In this document: positions 15,862-18,342 of the stretch, one piece after another
Position numbering within the stretch: position 1 is the stretch's first letter
Layout: each line of letters opens with the position of its first letter
From: a virus
Virus genome (UHGV): UHGV-1773631
DNA: 18,342 nt
Strand: one strand, 5' to 3'
Program-made: the position numbers and the translations under genes
The notes under the pieces: generated by a model
Seen by the model: the letters and a program-made list of their open reading frames with translations, nothing else
The model's database searches: none
What the model was told of the DNA's origin: nothing

Positions 15862-16407
15862 TTATTGTTTAATTTTGTTTTTAATATCCTTAATAATTGA
15901 ATCAATAGAAACAGGAAAATTATTATGAGCATCCAATTCTACATGATAAATAAGACCTTTATCCCAATCCGCAAAAGCGTCCTGACTATGAGAGTGTCCG
16001 CACATACTAATCATTCTTGCTTTAAGAGGTTTCTCATTATCAAAATTACTACAAAGTGTAGGATAATGGCTTAAATAAAAATGATATTTACCATATCTTA
16101 GAAATTGACCTTCAGTTACTTTAATAATATTGTTACAATTATTATATAAATTTACACGAACTTCACTATCATGGTTTCCTCTAATTACATAAATTTGTCC
16201 TTTTAACTGTTTAATTTTTTCAATTCCTGCTTCATTATCATTTAGCATTAAATCGCCAAGCACATAAATTTTATCATTAGGACGAATAATTTTATTCCAA
16301 TTTTCAATAATTGCGTTATCATGTTCTTGAATATTCTTAAACCCTCTTGGTTCATAAAGAAAGGGCTTATTATGGCCTAGATGAAGATCACTGGTAAACC
16401 AAACCAT
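15862..16407 (-). CDS. calcineurin-like metallophosphoesterase
   Basis: 181 aa; metal-binding motifs DLHLGH, VLGD, RGNHD and GHSH characteristic of binuclear metallophosphoesterases; begins 2 nt after the stop of the upstream kinase gene. Confidence 0.75.
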   Translation of the reverse strand: MVWFTSDLHLGHNKPFLYEPRGFKNIQEHDNAIIENWNKIIRPNDKIYVLGDLMLNDNEAGIEKIKQLKGQIYVIRGNHDSEVRVNLYNNCNNIIKVTEGQFLRYGKYHFYLSHYPTLCSNFDNEKPLKARMISMCGHSHSQDAFADWDKGLIYHVELDAHNNFPVSIDSIIKDIKNKIKQ

Positions 16408-16409
16408 TA

Positions 16410-16922
16410 TTACACCTCCTCAGTATAATGTAAAATAGTATTCACATTATGAAAACCCCAATCAAGATATTTATTCATCTCATCTTTAGAAGGAATAGAA
16501 GATTTAAAATAAAAATTTTTTATTGCTTCTTCTGGAACTTTAGCGAAACCTTCTCTTTCAGAATTTCTTCTTAAAGCAACATCTAAAAGAATAGGAAAAT
16601 AATCAAAAGTAAGATTAATATTATTCTTATCTTTCAGATTAAAAAAATTGTTTAAAAGTTTAGCTCTTGAAGAAACATCAATATGAGTTGCATCTATATA
16701 AATATTTTCTACATTTTCTTTAATTGCAATTCTAATATTTGCAATCATTTCTTTATATACCTGTTTTTCTTTACTAAAATAATTTTTTCCAGGATTTTCG
16801 CCTATATAATTCTTGCGGATTTCATCTCTTGAAATAATTTTACCATTCTGTTGTTTTGCCCAAGTAGATTTGCCGGAAGCAGGAATACCACAAAGAATAT
16901 GCAAATTAATCATAAATACCAA
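16410..16922 (-). CDS. P-loop kinase, polynucleotide kinase (T4 Pnk)-like
   Basis: 170 aa; Walker A GIPASGKSTWA followed by SRDEIR, paralleling T4 Pnk kinase GCPGSGKSTWA ... NRDDYR. Confidence 0.6.
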   Translation of the reverse strand: MVFMINLHILCGIPASGKSTWAKQQNGKIISRDEIRKNYIGENPGKNYFSKEKQVYKEMIANIRIAIKENVENIYIDATHIDVSSRAKLLNNFFNLKDKNNINLTFDYFPILLDVALRRNSEREGFAKVPEEAIKNFYFKSSIPSKDEMNKYLDWGFHNVNTILHYTEEV

Positions 16923-17199
16923 ACTCCTTTACATAAGAAATACTATTTTGTGCTTCTTCTTTAAAAAGACCTTCTTCAAAATCTAGTTTAAAATTATATG
17001 CTTCTTCATCGTTTCTACATTCTACCATATTAACAGTTTCTTTACAATGAGGGCAATACATAACTTTCTTATGCCCAACTTCTCTAAAACGTCCTCTTAA
17101 TCGAGGAATTGACATTGACTTCTTTCCGCAATTCATACAATAAAAATCGTGCATTTCATATTTTCTAGGGTCTTTAGACATTTTTATCAAACTCCTCAA
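16906..17199 (-). CDS. hypothetical zinc-ribbon protein
   Basis: 97 aa; two CxxC pairs (CMNCGKK ... CPHCKE). Function unknown. Confidence 0.4.
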   Translation of the reverse strand: MRSLIKMSKDPRKYEMHDFYCMNCGKKSMSIPRLRGRFREVGHKKVMYCPHCKETVNMVECRNDEEAYNFKLDFEEGLFKEEAQNSISYVKEFGIYD

Positions 17200-17578
17200 T
17201 TTGTTTTTTTACAATTTCAAAATATTCTTTAAGTTCTTTTCTTTCTTTTTCTGTATTTATTTTTTTAATTTCTGTCTTTTTCCAAATTTTATATTTTAAC
17301 ATTTCTACATAATTTGTAAAAATAATACGTATATTATTGTCTGTTAAATATTTTCGTGTAGAGAAAGGCTTTGAAAAAACAACCGAATATTTTTGTAGTT
17401 CATAATTTTCTGGACTTAAATTATAGAAAGAAATAAATTCTTTTAATTTTAAAACTACATATTTATGTTTCCTTACAATTTTACAATCTAGTTTATATTC
17501 ATCATAATCATATATAAAACAACCTAAAATTATTACTCCAGTAAAAGGTAATGTTAATCCTAGTATTAATAGTACCAT
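17174..17578 (-). CDS. hypothetical membrane protein
   Basis: 134 aa; N-terminal hydrophobic segment MVLLILGLTLPFTGVIILGCFIY, then a Lys/Glu-rich soluble region. Confidence 0.4.
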   Translation of the reverse strand: MVLLILGLTLPFTGVIILGCFIYDYDEYKLDCKIVRKHKYVVLKLKEFISFYNLSPENYELQKYSVVFSKPFSTRKYLTDNNIRIIFTNYVEMLKYKIWKKTEIKKINTEKERKELKEYFEIVKKQIEEFDKNV

Positions 17579-17580
17579 AA

Positions 17581-18303
17581 TTATTCTCCTTGAGCAGAAA
17601 AGATATGTTCATCAAAAGTATCTAAATCAAAAAGGATAATTTGCTTACTCCAATGAGTACCTAAATCAAGATTAACCTTTTGATTATTATTATACCAACA
17701 AGCTCCACCTTCATATTTGGGAGGATTGCGAAATTCTCCTATATCTTCTATCATTAGAGGAATTGGGGTATGGCCATGAATAATTAATTCATTTGGATTA
17801 ATTAAACATCTAAATTTATAATGTAATCTATTCCAAAGAAAATCAAATTCATCACCAGAAATATTATTAGGAGAAAAACCTGCATGACTTAAATGAATTT
17901 TAATTCCATTTTTATTAGTGTATTGTTCATAAACTGGAAGTTTATTAATTAAATTTAAATACTCAATAACATTTTTTTCTTTAGACCAGTCTAGTAAAGT
18001 AGATAAACCTCCATTATTCATGTGACGATAAATATCATCTCCATATAGACATCTTTCATTTTTTAAAAATTCTCTTCCAGAATCTACTAACATTTGTTCA
18101 TGATTTCCTTTAAGAAGAGTAAATCTTTCATCTTTTAAAATTTCTTTAAGTATTTTCCAACCTTCTGTCCCTCTGTCAATTACATCACCCAGCACGAACA
18201 CTTTATCTTCTGCTTGAATGAAATTTTTAATCTGCTTAAACAAATTTGAATTACCATGAAGGTCAGTAAAACAATAAACTTTACCCTTATTCATAAACAT
18301 CAA
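17581..18303 (-). CDS. Ser/Thr protein phosphatase, PPP family (lambda phosphatase-like)
   Basis: 240 aa; canonical PPP motifs in order: DLHG (CFTDLHGN), GDVIDRG, GNHE. RBS AAAGGAA upstream. Confidence 0.8.
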   Translation of the reverse strand: MMFMNKGKVYCFTDLHGNSNLFKQIKNFIQAEDKVFVLGDVIDRGTEGWKILKEILKDERFTLLKGNHEQMLVDSGREFLKNERCLYGDDIYRHMNNGGLSTLLDWSKEKNVIEYLNLINKLPVYEQYTNKNGIKIHLSHAGFSPNNISGDEFDFLWNRLHYKFRCLINPNELIIHGHTPIPLMIEDIGEFRNPPKYEGGACWYNNNQKVNLDLGTHWSKQIILFDLDTFDEHIFSAQGE

Positions 18304-18342
18304 TTCCTTTCTTAATTTCTATATATATTATATAATAATTTT

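Noticed and set aside
15714-15932. Minus-strand ORF (72 aa) spanning the GC-rich island and the phosphoesterase 3' end
   Set aside because: Overlaps the phosphoesterase gene out of frame and runs through the hairpin/GC island and promoter region; translation is Ile/Leu-rich with no features. The region is better explained as non-coding.
1-18342. Integrase, transposase, IS element or attachment site
   Set aside because: No recombinase-like protein or terminal inverted repeats were recognised in any frame. The window looks like an internal replication/lysis block, so integration status cannot be judged from it.

Overview
AT-rich window (roughly 30% GC by eye) that reads as a densely packed, single-orientation block of a bacteriophage or prophage DNA-metabolism region. 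All credible genes are on the minus strand, often with 4-26 nt overlaps, and none is credible on the plus strand. Right to left in transcription order: a PPP-family Ser/Thr phosphatase, a small membrane protein, a zinc-ribbon protein, a T4 Pnk-like P-loop kinase directly followed by a calcineurin-type metallophosphoesterase, a GC-rich intergenic island with a strong hairpin, a small ORF overlapping a PIN-PhoH (PhoH2-like) ATPase, a cysteine-peptidase endolysin with an SLH-like C-terminus plus a small two-TM holin-like protein, RNase H (no canonical start codon), a two-subunit type II topoisomerase (GyrB-like and GyrA-like), an ATP-dependent DNA ligase, two small unknown ORFs, a divergent ThyX-like protein, an SSB-like protein, a Sak4-type ATPase, a zinc-finger protein, a DnaB-like helicase, a small ORF and a partial DnaG-type primase. 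Intergenic gaps carry palindromic hairpins consistent with intrinsic terminators and several sigma70-like promoters, three of which share the extended -10 TGATATAAT. No tRNA, rRNA, CRISPR array, integrase or transposase was recognised. All calls come from reading translations and motifs by eye; no database search or folding was run. The most likely candidates for an undescribed function are the split kinase/phosphoesterase end-healing pair, the ThyX-like protein lacking the RHR motif, the PhoH2 pair, and the GC-rich island.
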